64,000 nucleotides of DNA, taken from Alphaproteobacteria bacterium (GTDB lineage: Bacteria > Pseudomonadota > Alphaproteobacteria > GCA-2731375). Both the position numbers and the translations under genes were made by a program. This document shows positions 40,534-50,597 of this stretch, piece by piece. Location: assembly GCA_965225945.1 (NCBI GenBank), contig CBDDBZ010000035.1, positions 320,001-384,000 on the forward strand. The letters run 5' to 3'. The stretch's first letter is position 1; each line of letters starts with the position of its first letter. The notes beneath the pieces are model-generated. The model made no database searches, was not told the DNA's origin, and saw nothing but the letters and a program-made list of their open reading frames with translations.

Positions 40534-40861
40534 CGAGGCTCCGGCGTCGCGGAGCTTGCTTCGGGCGCCTGGCGCCTTCGAGGACCTTGCCTTCCTCGTC
40601 GCGGTCGGGGTCCGCGAGGTCGATCGCCCGGTCCAGTAGGCCCAGCGCCCAGAGCGCGCCGAAATAGGCCGCGGCCGAGGTGCCCGGCTTGCCTTTTTCG
40701 AGATCGGCGACCGTGAACCGAGAGGCGCCGATACGAGCGGCCACGTCCTCGATCCGTAGCCTTCGGCGCAAACGGGCCGTGCGGATATTGCGGCCGAGCC
40801 GCTGGAGGGCATCTTCGACGGCGGCCGGCGGAGCCTCGGTGATCTTACTTTTGTTTGGCAT
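40520..40861 (-). CDS. XRE-family HTH antitoxin (HipB-like)
   Basis: LGRNIRTARLRRRL...ADLEKGKPG; overlaps the hipA start. Confidence 0.88.
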   Translation of the reverse strand: MPNKSKITEAPPAAVEDALQRLGRNIRTARLRRRLRIEDVAARIGASRFTVADLEKGKPGTSAAAYFGALWALGLLDRAIDLADPDRDEEGKVLEGARRPKQAPRRRSLDDDF

Positions 40862-41117
40862 GTTGGGTTGAGCCTATATGAATTGTCTTCATGTTTATTC
40901 AAATCAACATAAACGCTGGTTTGGTCTTGTCAAGTTCGTGACTCGCCAGATGTTGGTTTGAAGCTGTATATATGAAGTATATGTATATTTGAGGCATCAC
41001 AGGACGTCAGGCGGCCCCCCGATCGCCTCCTCTGCGCCGCGATCGCCCGGGCGTTCGCTTCTCTCCGGCGCCGTGGCCGTGCTAGACGCAGCAAGCCGGC
41101 CAGCGGGGAGGGGCGCC

Positions 41118-41168
41118 ATGCGCATCGTCGACATTCGCGAAACCACCGTCCCGCTCGGCGAAGGTTGA
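41118..41168 (+). pseudogene. N-terminal stub of a mandelate racemase/enolase-superfamily (TarD-like) gene
   Basis: RBS GGGGAGG then MRIVDIRETTVPLGEG*. Confidence 0.5.
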
Positions 41169-41983
41169 GCGCGCGCCGGGTGTCCTTCGCGCTCCTCGGT
41201 TTCGAGGTCACGCCCCTCCAGGGGCTGGCACCCTGGGCGATCGCCTACGTCTTCGGCGCCTATTTCCTGGGCTTCTTCATTCGCGGCGTCTTCGGCTTCG
41301 GCTCCAACCTGCCGATCGTGCTGATGACGACCTGGGTGCTGGCGCCGCACCATGCAATCCTGCTGGTGACGCTGACCGCGATCGTCTCGCAGGTGGCCCT
41401 CTTCCCGCAAGCGATCCGGACGGCGGACTGGCCGATTGCCCGACCGCTGATTCTCGGCATCGGGGTCGGCATCGTTCTCGGCACTTGGATCTTCGTCGCG
41501 CTGGACGCCGACTGGCTGATCCTGGTGATGGGCGTCCTGGTGCTCTTCATCATCGGCGCCGATCGGCTACGTCTGCTGGAGCGGCTGGGGCGCGTGATCG
41601 ACCTCAGGGGACGCGCGATCAACCTCGTGCTCGCCGCCGTCAGCGCCACCATCGGCTCGGTCAGCGGCGGCGGCACGATCTATTTTCTGGTGGTCTACCT
41701 CAGAGGCGTCTGCGCCACGCCGGTCTCGCTGCGCGGCACCAATATCGCGGTTTCCGGCATTTTCGTCGTCGGCCGCCTGATTGCCGTGACCCTCGCCGGG
41801 CTGGTGAGCATCGATCTCCTGATCGACACGGTGCTGCTGCTGCCGGCGGTCTTCCTCGCCATCTGGCTCGGCACCCGGGCCTTCCGCGCCGCGTCCACGG
41901 CGAGCTTCCACGCCGCCCTGCAGTACCTCTTGATCGGCGCCGCGGTCGCCCTGGTGGCGAGCGCCGTCATCGACATTGTCTGA
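41165..41983 (+). CDS. Sulfite exporter TauE/SafE family membrane protein
   Basis: GFFIRGVFGFG, multiple TMs, GGG motif. Confidence 0.85.
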   Translation: MSARRVSFALLGFEVTPLQGLAPWAIAYVFGAYFLGFFIRGVFGFGSNLPIVLMTTWVLAPHHAILLVTLTAIVSQVALFPQAIRTADWPIARPLILGIGVGIVLGTWIFVALDADWLILVMGVLVLFIIGADRLRLLERLGRVIDLRGRAINLVLAAVSATIGSVSGGGTIYFLVVYLRGVCATPVSLRGTNIAVSGIFVVGRLIAVTLAGLVSIDLLIDTVLLLPAVFLAIWLGTRAFRAASTASFHAALQYLLIGAAVALVASAVIDIV

Positions 41984-42041
41984 GCCCAGGGACGCCCGAA
42001 AGCGGCTATAGTGGCGCGCGGCGGAGCGAGAGGGACGAGCC

Positions 42042-43529
42042 ATGCGGATGCCGGCGCCGGAGGAGAGCGCCTTCGCGCAACGCGACGGGTTGATCGCGGA
42101 CTTGCGCGAGATCGTCGAACCCGAAAACGTCATCGTCGACGAGACGGTGCTCCGGGCCTATGAATCCGACGGCCTCACGGCCTATCGCCAGCGCCCGCTG
42201 CTGGTGGTCCTGCCGGAGACCACGGCGGAGGTTTCGGCGACCTTGCGCGTTTGCGACCGGCGCGCGATCAAGGTGGTGCCGAGGGGCGCCGGCACCTCGC
42301 TTTCGGGCGGCGCCCTGCCGCTCGCCGACGGCATCATCGTCGGCCTCGCCAAGTTCAACCGCATCCTCGAGGTCGACTACCCCAACCGATGCGCCCGCGT
42401 GCAGCCGGGGGTCACCAACCTCGCCATCACGGATGCGGTGGAGGCGGCCGGCTTCTATTACGCGCCCGATCCCTCGAGCCAGATCGCCTGCACGATCGGC
42501 GGCAACGTGGCGGAGAATTCGGGCGGCGTGCATTGCCTGAAATACGGCCTCACGACCAACAATATCCTCGGCCTCGAATTCGTGCTGATGAACGGCGACG
42601 TGCTCAGGCTCGGCGGCAAACACTTGGACGCGGAGGGCTATGACTTGCTCGGCCTGATGACCGGCTCCGAGGGCCTGCTCGGCGTCATCACCGAGGTCAC
42701 GGTCCGCATCCTCCGGCGGCCGGAGACGGCGGCCGCCGTGCTGATCGGCTTTCCCAGCAACGAGGACGCGGCCGAGTGCGTCGCCCGGATCATCGCCGCC
42801 GGCATCATCCCGGGCGGGCTGGAGATGATGGACCGGGACGCGATCCATGCCGCCGAGGCCTTCTCGGAGTCCGGCTATCCCCTGGACGTCGAGAGCCTGC
42901 TGATCGTCGAGCTGGACGGGCCCGAGGTCGAGGTCTCGCATCTGACCGACGCCGTTCGCACCATCGCCGAGGACTGCAACGCCGCCAACCTGAAGGTCAG
43001 CGGGAGCGAGGAAGAACGGCTGCGCTTCTGGGCCGGGCGCAAGGCGGCGTTTCCGGCGATCGGGCGGATCAGCCCGGACTATTACTGCATGGACGGCTCC
43101 ATTCCCCGCCGCCAGCTCCCGCTGATGCTGCGGCGCATGGCGGAGATGTCGCGCCGCCATGGCCTCCGCGTCGCCAACGTGTTCCACGCCGGCGACGGCA
43201 ATCTGCATCCCCTGATCCTCTACGACGCCAACGAGGCCGGCGAGTTGGAACGGGCGGAGGAATTCGGCGCCGAGATCCTGAAGCTCTGCGTCGAGGTCGG
43301 CGGCGTCTTGACCGGCGAGCACGGCGTCGGCGTCGAGAAGCGGGATCTGATGGGCGAGATGTTCACCGAGACCGATCTCGACCAGCAAATGCGCGTCAAA
43401 TGCGCCTTCGATCCGGAAGGGCGCCTCAACCCCGGCAAGGTCTTCCCCCAGCTCCGCCGCTGCGCCGAGCTCGGCCGGGTGCATGTCCGGGGCGGTCGGA
43501 TGGCGTTCCCGGAGCTTCCGCGCTTCTGA
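42042..43529 (+). CDS. glcD: Glycolate oxidase FAD subunit
   Basis: PRGAGTSLSGG, APDPSSQIAC, HAGDGNLHP, GEHGVGVEK. Confidence 0.95.
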   Translation: MRMPAPEESAFAQRDGLIADLREIVEPENVIVDETVLRAYESDGLTAYRQRPLLVVLPETTAEVSATLRVCDRRAIKVVPRGAGTSLSGGALPLADGIIVGLAKFNRILEVDYPNRCARVQPGVTNLAITDAVEAAGFYYAPDPSSQIACTIGGNVAENSGGVHCLKYGLTTNNILGLEFVLMNGDVLRLGGKHLDAEGYDLLGLMTGSEGLLGVITEVTVRILRRPETAAAVLIGFPSNEDAAECVARIIAAGIIPGGLEMMDRDAIHAAEAFSESGYPLDVESLLIVELDGPEVEVSHLTDAVRTIAEDCNAANLKVSGSEEERLRFWAGRKAAFPAIGRISPDYYCMDGSIPRRQLPLMLRRMAEMSRRHGLRVANVFHAGDGNLHPLILYDANEAGELERAEEFGAEILKLCVEVGGVLTGEHGVGVEKRDLMGEMFTETDLDQQMRVKCAFDPEGRLNPGKVFPQLRRCAELGRVHVRGGRMAFPELPRF

Positions 43530-44746
43530 TGGGGGAGGTCCTGAAGCCGGGCGACGCCGAGGAGGTGCGCGAGGCGATTCGCTGGGCGGCCGGAAACGAG
43601 ACGCCGATCGAGGTGCGGGGCGCCGGCTCCAAGGCCGGCCTCGGGCGCCCGCCGGTAGCTGAGCACGTGCTCGACCTCTCGGCCCTCGCGGGCCTCGACT
43701 TCTACGAGCCGGAGGAGCTGGTCCTGCGCGCGGGCCCGGCGACGCCGATGGACGAGATCGAGGGTCTGTTGTCGCAGAACGGCCAGCAGCTCGCCTTCGA
43801 GCCGGCCGATCTCTGCGGCCTCTTGGGCGCCGAGGCGCGCCCGACGCTGGGCGGCGTGCTCGCGACCAATCATTCCGGGCCCCGGCGCTTCAAGGCGGGC
43901 GCCGCGCGCGACCATTTCCTCGGCTTCCAGGCGGTGACCGGCCGGGGCGACATCGTGCGTTCCGGAGGTCGGGTGATGAAGAACGTCACCGGTTACGACC
44001 TCTCGAAGCTGCTGGCGGGAAGCCACGGCACGCTTGCCGCGATGACCGAGGTCACGGTCAAGGTGGCGCCGGCGCCGCGGATGCTCCGGACCGTATTGGT
44101 CCAGGGCATGGCCGACGCGGCGGCGGTGGCCCTGCTGGCCGAACTCGGCGGCAGTCCGCACGAGGTCTCGGGCCTCGCGCATCTTCCAGCCGAGGTGGCG
44201 GCGCGCTCGGGCGTCGGCCATGTCGCCGGCGCCGGCGGGGCGATCACGGCGGCCCGGGTGGAGGGGCCGGAGCCCTCGGTGCTGCATCGGACCGAGGCGC
44301 TGCACGCGGCCATGGGCCGGCACGGCGCCACCGAGGAGTTGCACGGCAACAATTCCCGACGCTTCTGGCGCGAGGTCGCGGATGTGAGCGAGCTGATCGA
44401 CCCCGCGCTTGCGACGGTCTGGAAGCTCTCCTTGACGCCGGGCGCGGCGCCGGGCGTGGTCAGGGCGCTGCTGGCCGAGGCGGTGGGGGAGGCCTTTTAC
44501 GACTGGGCCGGCGGCCTCGTCTGGCTGGCGCTGCCTTCGAGCGAGGACGCGGCGCACGTGGCGGTCCGGGCCGCCGTCGGGGCCGAGGGCCACGCGACGC
44601 TGATCCGGGCCGAGGCCCCGGTCCGCGCCCGCGTGCCGGTGTTCCATCCCCAGCCCGAACCGCTCGCCCGGCTCTCGGCTCGGATCAAGCAGAGCTTCGA
44701 TCCCGCGTGCGTGCTCAATCGCGGCCGCATGTACGAGGAGGCGTGA
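43529..44746 (+). CDS. glcE: Glycolate oxidase subunit
   Basis: YEPEELV, LAFEP, GAARD, GGRVMKNVTGYDLSKL. Confidence 0.95.
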   Translation: MGEVLKPGDAEEVREAIRWAAGNETPIEVRGAGSKAGLGRPPVAEHVLDLSALAGLDFYEPEELVLRAGPATPMDEIEGLLSQNGQQLAFEPADLCGLLGAEARPTLGGVLATNHSGPRRFKAGAARDHFLGFQAVTGRGDIVRSGGRVMKNVTGYDLSKLLAGSHGTLAAMTEVTVKVAPAPRMLRTVLVQGMADAAAVALLAELGGSPHEVSGLAHLPAEVAARSGVGHVAGAGGAITAARVEGPEPSVLHRTEALHAAMGRHGATEELHGNNSRRFWREVADVSELIDPALATVWKLSLTPGAAPGVVRALLAEAVGEAFYDWAGGLVWLALPSSEDAAHVAVRAAVGAEGHATLIRAEAPVRARVPVFHPQPEPLARLSARIKQSFDPACVLNRGRMYEEA

Positions 44747-44754
44747 GGGCGGGC

Positions 44755-46062
44755 ATGCAGACCAACTTCAGCCTGGCGCAACTCGCCGATCCGAACATCC
44801 AGACCGCCAACGAGATCCTGCGTTCCTGCGTGCATTGCGGCTTCTGCCTCGCGACCTGCCCGACCTACGTGCTGCTCGGCGACGAGCTCGACAGCCCGCG
44901 CGGCCGCATCTACCTGATCAAGAACATGCTGGAGGATGGCGGCCCCGCGCCTGCCGGCGTGGCGCGACATCTCGACCGTTGCCTGAGCTGCCTTTCCTGC
45001 ATGACCACCTGCCCCTCGGGCGTCGACTACATGCACTTGGTGGATCACGCCCGCCATCACGTCGAGGCGACGTATCGCCGCCCGGCGCCAGAGCGTCTGC
45101 TCCGCGCCATGCTGGCCCGAGTCCTGCCCTCAGCCAGGCTGTTTCGCCTGGCGCTCGGCGCCGCGAGCTTCGCCCGGCCGTTCCGGCGTCTGCTGCCGGC
45201 CGCACTCCGCCGCATGGTCGAGATGGCGCCCGGACGGCTGGAGGCGCCGTCCGAGGTCGATTCTCCCCAGGTTTTCCCGGCGGCGGGCGAGACGCGCATG
45301 CGGGTGGCGCTGCTGAACGGCTGCGCGCAACAGGTCTTGGCGCCCCGAATCAACGAGGCGACGGTGCGCCTGTTGACCCGGCTCGGCTGCGAGGTCGTGG
45401 TGGCGCGAGGCGCCGGCTGCTGCGGCGCGCTCAGCCATCACATGGGCAAAAGCGCGCCCGCGCTCGCCGCCGCCAGGGCCAACATCGAGGCCTGGTGGGC
45501 CGAGCGGGAGGCGGGTGGCCTCGATGGCATCGTGATTAACGCATCGGGCTGCGGCACCACGGTCAAGGACTACGGTTTCATGTTCCGCGACGATCCCAAA
45601 TTCGCCGATATGGCGGCCTGGGTCGCCGCGCACGCCCTCGACGTAGCTGAGCTGGTGGACAGGCTCGGCCTGCCGGCCGGCGGCGCGGCGCCGGCGCTCT
45701 CCGTCGCCTACCACTCGGCCTGCTCGCTGCAGCATGGCCAGAAGGTGGCGGCGTTGCCCGAGGCGCTGCTCGCGGCGGCCGGCTTCGAGGTTCGCGGCGT
45801 CGCCGAGAGCCACCTCTGCTGCGGCTCCGCCGGAACCTACAATCTGCTGCAACCGGAACTCGCTGATCGGCTGCTCGAGCGCAAGATCGCCAACATCGAG
45901 GCGGCCGGGGCCGAGGTGATCGCCACCGGCAACATCGGCTGCATGATGCAGATCGGCGGTGCCACCGATTCGCCCGTCGTGCACACCGTGGAGCTTCTGG
46001 ACTGGGCGAGCGGTGGGCCGAAGCCGGAACCGCTGCGCGCTGGCGATGGGGACTTGTCGTGA
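44755..46062 (+). CDS. glcF: Glycolate oxidase Fe-S subunit
   Basis: CVHCGFCLATCP, CLSCLSCMTTCP, CCG, CCGSAGTYN. Confidence 0.96.
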   Translation: MQTNFSLAQLADPNIQTANEILRSCVHCGFCLATCPTYVLLGDELDSPRGRIYLIKNMLEDGGPAPAGVARHLDRCLSCLSCMTTCPSGVDYMHLVDHARHHVEATYRRPAPERLLRAMLARVLPSARLFRLALGAASFARPFRRLLPAALRRMVEMAPGRLEAPSEVDSPQVFPAAGETRMRVALLNGCAQQVLAPRINEATVRLLTRLGCEVVVARGAGCCGALSHHMGKSAPALAAARANIEAWWAEREAGGLDGIVINASGCGTTVKDYGFMFRDDPKFADMAAWVAAHALDVAELVDRLGLPAGGAAPALSVAYHSACSLQHGQKVAALPEALLAAAGFEVRGVAESHLCCGSAGTYNLLQPELADRLLERKIANIEAAGAEVIATGNIGCMMQIGGATDSPVVHTVELLDWASGGPKPEPLRAGDGDLS

Positions 46063-46137
46063 ATGACCCATCCAACTCCTTCGCCCTCGGTCCCTTGATA
46101 ACCGCGATCACCCGAATTCAGCTCGCCCGGCTCTCTG

Positions 46138-46869
46138 GAAAAAGGGGTCATTGTACTTTATTTGACGGAACGGTTGCGTTAGGATCGGCGCATGCCTCGC
46201 ACCGCACGCGCCGCCGTCGCCAACATGGCCTATCACGTCATCAACCGCGGCAACGCCAAGGCGACGGTATTCCACGACGATGACGATTTCGCCGCCTTCG
46301 TCCGCTTGATCGGCGAGGCCTCGGAGCGCATCGCCATGCGCCTCGCCGCCTATTGCGTCATGCCCAACCATTTTCATCTCGTCCTCTGGCCGCCGGACGA
46401 CGAGGGCCTCAGCGCGTGGATGCAATGGCTCATGACCGCGCATGTCCGGCGCCACCACCGCCGCCACGCCACCAGCGGGCATGTCTGGCAGGGCCGCTTC
46501 AAGGCCTTTCCGATCCAGCGCGACGATCACCTGTTGACGGTCGTGCGCTACGTGGAGCGAAATCCGCTGCGCGCGGGTCTGGTTGCCCGAGCCGAGGACT
46601 GGCGCTGGTCGAGCCTCGCGGCGGCGCCGCCGGCCGGCGCGCCGAAGCGGCACTGCCCGGTGCCGTTGCCGGCCAACTGGCGGGCCGTGGTCGGGCGTGC
46701 GGAAGCGGCGGCGCAACTCGAGGCGGTTCGCCACAGCGTCAATCGCGGGACGCCGTTCGGCGACGATCGCTGGGTTCCGCGCACCGCCCGTCGGCTCGGC
46801 CTCGAGTCCACCCTGAGACCCCGTGGCCGGCCCCGCAAACCACCAAAAAAGTAGAATGACCCCTTTTTC
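46138..46869. mobile_element. RAYT/Y1-transposase element bounded by inverted repeats
   Basis: GAAAAAGGGGTCATTGTACTTT (46138-46159) vs the reverse complement of 46848-46869, GAAAAAGGGGTCATTCTACTTT (21/22 identical). Confidence 0.82.
46192..46854 (+). CDS. REP-associated tyrosine transposase (Y1 HUH, IS200/RAYT superfamily)
   Basis: YHVINRGN, YCVMPNHFH (HUH), WQGRF, YVERNPLRAGL..AEDWRWSS. Confidence 0.93.
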   Translation: MPRTARAAVANMAYHVINRGNAKATVFHDDDDFAAFVRLIGEASERIAMRLAAYCVMPNHFHLVLWPPDDEGLSAWMQWLMTAHVRRHHRRHATSGHVWQGRFKAFPIQRDDHLLTVVRYVERNPLRAGLVARAEDWRWSSLAAAPPAGAPKRHCPVPLPANWRAVVGRAEAAAQLEAVRHSVNRGTPFGDDRWVPRTARRLGLESTLRPRGRPRKPPKK

Positions 46870-46972
46870 GAAGCCGCAACCGCTACGATCGCGCCCGGGC
46901 GGATAGCTCGCCGCCGTTCACATTCGGGCGATGCCGTTTGGCACGGCTGCCGGCGGTGCTATTATTCTTCCC

Positions 46973-47542
46973 ATGCGACGGCTTCGGCACATTCTGTCGG
47001 TCTTGGTCCTCGCCATGGTTGCTCATGGCGGGTCGCTCCCCGGCGCTCTCGCCGACCAGAACGACCCCAAGCTCGAACGGCTGTTCGCCGAGCTCGGGCG
47101 GACCGAGGACGAGCTCCTCGCGAGCCGGATCGAGACGGAAATCTGGCGCACCTGGCACATCTCCGGCAGCGACACCATCGACCTGCTGATGCAGCGGAGC
47201 ATGATGGCGATGAGCGTCGAGAAGTTCGACGAGGCGCTGACCCATTTGTCGAGCGTGGTCGAGCTGGCGCCGGATTTTGCCGAGGGCTGGAACAAGCGGG
47301 CGACGGTGCTCTATTTGATGCGCCGCTTCGAGGACTCGATCGCCGACGTGGACCGCACCCTGGCGCTCGAGCCCCGGCACTTCGGCGCGCTCAGCGGCCT
47401 TGGCCTGATCCACAGGCAGCTCGGCGACGAGGCCAAGGCGCTGGAATTCTTCGAGCGCGCGGTCGAGGTGAACCCGCACATGGCGCAGATCCAGGCGGAG
47501 ATCCGCCGCCTCCGGCCCAAGATCAAGGGCAGGAAACTCTGA
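46973..47542 (+). CDS. Secreted TPR protein
   Basis: Signal peptide, PDFAEGWNKRATV, EPRHFGALSGLG. Confidence 0.9.
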   Translation: MRRLRHILSVLVLAMVAHGGSLPGALADQNDPKLERLFAELGRTEDELLASRIETEIWRTWHISGSDTIDLLMQRSMMAMSVEKFDEALTHLSSVVELAPDFAEGWNKRATVLYLMRRFEDSIADVDRTLALEPRHFGALSGLGLIHRQLGDEAKALEFFERAVEVNPHMAQIQAEIRRLRPKIKGRKL

Positions 47543-47617
47543 GCGTCCGACGTGAATATCCCCCGGCACGCCGCACGAGCGGCGAGCAAAAAAACGGAGG
47601 CCAGGGGGGCGCCGTCC

Positions 47618-49006
47618 TCAGAGCGACTTGACGATATCGTCGACCATCTTCTTGGCGTCGGCGAACAGCATCATCGTGTTCTCGGCATAGAACAGGTCGT
47701 TGTCGATCCCGGCATAGCCCGGCGAGAGCGAGCGCTTGACGAAGAGCACGGCGCGCGACTTGTCGACGTCGAGGATCGGCATGCCCGCGATCGGGCTCGT
47801 CGGATCGGTCCGCGCGGCCGGGTTGGTCACGTCGTTGGCGCCGATCACGAAGGCGACGTCGGTCGAGGAGAAGTCGGCGTTGATGTCCTCCAGCTCACTC
47901 ACTTCGTCGTAAGGCACGTTGGCCTCGGCCAACAGCACGTTCATGTGTCCGGGCATGCGCCCGGCGACGGGGTGGACCGCGTAGCGTACCTTGACGCCGT
48001 TGGCCTTCAGCAAATCGGCCATCTCGCGGACCGAATGCTGCGCCTGCGCCACCGCCATGCCGTAGCCGGGCACGATGACGACGCTGCCGGCGTTCTTCAT
48101 GATGAAGGCGGCATCGTCGGCGCTTCCCGGCCGCACCGGGCGGTCGCTCCGCACCGCGCCGGCGCCCGCCGTCTCGCCGCCGAAGCCGCCCAGGGCGACG
48201 CTGAAGATGGAGCGGTTCATCGCCCGGCACATGATGTAGCTCAGGATCGCGCCGGAGGAGCCGACCAGTGCCCCGGTGATGATCAGCGCCGTGTTCTCCA
48301 GCGTGAAGCCGATCCCCGCCGCCGCCCAGCCGGAATAGGAGTTCAGCATCGAGACGATGACCGGCATGTCGGCGCCGCCGACCGGGATGATCAGCAGGAA
48401 GCCGACGGCGAAGGCGAGCGCCGTCATCGCCCAGAAGGCGATCGGCGAGGGCTCGCTCGCGAAGACGACCAGGAGGCCGACGATCACCACGCCGATCGTC
48501 GCGTTCAGCGGGTGTTGGCCGGGAAAGACGATCGGGTTGCCGGTCATCACGCCCTTGAGCTTGGCGAAGGCGATCACCGAGCCCGAGAAGGTGACGGCGC
48601 CGATCGTCACGCCCAGGCCCATCTCGATCCGGCTGGCGAGCTTCAGCACGCCGGTCTCGTCGGCGATGCCGTAAGCGCTCGGATTGTACAGCGCGGCGGC
48701 CGCCACCATCACGGCGGCCATGCCCACCAGGCTGTGGTAAGCGGCCACCAGTTCCGGCATCGCCGTCATCTGGATGCGAAGCGCGATCACCGTGCCGACG
48801 CCACCACCGATGACGATCGCCGCCAGGATCCAGCCGTGGGAGACGACGTCCGGGCGGATCACGGTGACGGCGATCGCGATTCCCATGCCGACGATGCCGT
48901 AGATGTTGCCCTTGCGCGCGCTTTCCGGCGAGGACAGCCCGCGCAGCGCCATGATGAACAGGATCGAGGCGATCAGATAGGCGAGCGCCGTCAAATTCTC
49001 CGACAT
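47618..49006 (-). CDS. pntB: NAD(P) transhydrogenase beta subunit
   Basis: GGADMPV, NSYSGWA, PGYGMAVAQAQ, AGRMPGHMNVLLAEA. Confidence 0.97.
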   Translation of the reverse strand: MSENLTALAYLIASILFIMALRGLSSPESARKGNIYGIVGMGIAIAVTVIRPDVVSHGWILAAIVIGGGVGTVIALRIQMTAMPELVAAYHSLVGMAAVMVAAAALYNPSAYGIADETGVLKLASRIEMGLGVTIGAVTFSGSVIAFAKLKGVMTGNPIVFPGQHPLNATIGVVIVGLLVVFASEPSPIAFWAMTALAFAVGFLLIIPVGGADMPVIVSMLNSYSGWAAAGIGFTLENTALIITGALVGSSGAILSYIMCRAMNRSIFSVALGGFGGETAGAGAVRSDRPVRPGSADDAAFIMKNAGSVVIVPGYGMAVAQAQHSVREMADLLKANGVKVRYAVHPVAGRMPGHMNVLLAEANVPYDEVSELEDINADFSSTDVAFVIGANDVTNPAARTDPTSPIAGMPILDVDKSRAVLFVKRSLSPGYAGIDNDLFYAENTMMLFADAKKMVDDIVKSL

Positions 49007-49027
49007 ACCGGCGCCCCGCGTCCTCGA

Positions 49028-49324
49028 CTATTTCTTCTTGTACATGGAGAGCATGCGCTGGGTGACGGCGAAGCCACCGAAGATGTTGACCGAGGCCAGC
49101 ACGATGGCGATGAAGCCCATCACCTTGGAGAAGCTGACCTCCGCCGGGCCGGCGGCGATCAGGGCGCCGACGATGATCACCGAGGAAATCGCGTTGGTGA
49201 CCGACATCAGCGGCGTGTGCAGCGCCGGCGTCACGCTCCAGACCACGTAATAGCCGACGAAGATCGCCAGCACGAAGATGGCGAGGCGGAAGATGAACGG
49301 GTCGATGCCGGCGGCCGCCTCCAT
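49028..49324 (-). CDS. pntAB: NAD(P) transhydrogenase alpha subunit, part 2
   Basis: VTPALHTPLMSVTNAIS, NIFGGF. Confidence 0.96.
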   Translation of the reverse strand: MEAAAGIDPFIFRLAIFVLAIFVGYYVVWSVTPALHTPLMSVTNAISSVIIVGALIAAGPAEVSFSKVMGFIAIVLASVNIFGGFAVTQRMLSMYKKK

Positions 49325-49328
49325 GGGC

Positions 49329-50495
49329 TTACTCCGCCGCCTGCCCCAGCGTCGGATGGACGACCTCGCCGCGGTGCGCGATCAGCGTGCCGACGACCAG
49401 CTCGTCCTCCCAGTCGATCGTCAGCTCACCGCTCTCGGCATCGATCATCGGCGCCAGGAAGTTGTAAAGGTTGCGCGCGTAGAGCGCCGAGGCGTCGACC
49501 GGCACCCGGGCCGCCCCGTTGTAGTGCGCGACGATGAAGATGCCGTCGACGACGGCGATCTCGCCGAGTTTCGAGAGCGCGCAATTGCCCCCCGTCTCGA
49601 CCGCCAGATCGACGATCACGGAGCCCGGCCGCATGGAGTGAACCATCGCCTCGTCGACCAGGATCGGTGCGCGATGGCCCGGGATCTGCGCCGTGCAGAT
49701 GACGATGTCCTGCCTCGCGATGGTCTCGGCCACCAGGGCGGCCTCCTTGGCCCTGTAGCTCTCGCTCATTTCGCGGGCATAGCCGTCCGCGGTTTCCGCC
49801 GTCGCGGTCTCCTCGTCCTCGACCATGATGAAGTTGGCGCCGAGCGATTCCACCTGTTCCCTGGCCGCCGGGCGCACATCGGTCGCCGAGACCACCGCGC
49901 CCAGCCGCCGCGCCGTCGCGATCGCCTGCAAGCCCGCGACGCCCGCGCCCATGACGAAGACCTTGGCGGGCGCGATGGTGCCGGCCGCCGTCATCATCAT
50001 CGGCAGCGCTCGGCCGAACACCTCGCAGGCGTCAAGCACGGACTTGTAGCCCGCCAGATTGGCCTGGGAGGACAACACGTCCATGCTCTGCGCCCGGGTT
50101 ATGCGCGGCATCAGCTCCATGGCGAAGGCGGAGAGGCCGGCCTCGGCGTAGGAACGGACCGATTGCGGCTGGCCCAGCGGATTGAGCATGCCGACGAGGA
50201 TCGTCCCGCTCGTCAGGGCAGAGAGTTCCTCCTCGCCCTCCTCCCCCGGCTCGATCGGCCGGCGGACCTTGAGAACCACGTCCGCGTCCCGGAGTAGATC
50301 GTCGAGGGTTTCGGCGATTGTGGCACCCGCCGCCTCGTAATCAGCGTCGCGGAAACTCGAGGCGAGGCCGGCGCCCCGCTCGACGGCGACGTCCAAGCCC
50401 GACTTGACGAATTTCGCGGCGGTGTCGGGCGAGGCCGCGACGCGCCTTTCGTGGGGCCGTCGCTCTCTCGGTACGGCGAGCTTCATCGTTGACAA
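49329..50495 (-). CDS. pntAA: NAD(P) transhydrogenase alpha subunit, part 1
   Basis: ERRVAASP, PRITRAQSMDVLSSQ, GAGVAGLQA. Confidence 0.96.
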   Translation of the reverse strand: MSTMKLAVPRERRPHERRVAASPDTAAKFVKSGLDVAVERGAGLASSFRDADYEAAGATIAETLDDLLRDADVVLKVRRPIEPGEEGEEELSALTSGTILVGMLNPLGQPQSVRSYAEAGLSAFAMELMPRITRAQSMDVLSSQANLAGYKSVLDACEVFGRALPMMMTAAGTIAPAKVFVMGAGVAGLQAIATARRLGAVVSATDVRPAAREQVESLGANFIMVEDEETATAETADGYAREMSESYRAKEAALVAETIARQDIVICTAQIPGHRAPILVDEAMVHSMRPGSVIVDLAVETGGNCALSKLGEIAVVDGIFIVAHYNGAARVPVDASALYARNLYNFLAPMIDAESGELTIDWEDELVVGTLIAHRGEVVHPTLGQAAE

Positions 50496-50597
50496 ATCCT
50501 AGCGCCGGACACCCTGGACCGGTCCATCCGTCGGTTGCGAAGCGAGACGTGTGGAACGGCAATCACCTGTCCGCCGTCGAACCGCGCGGAGGAGATG

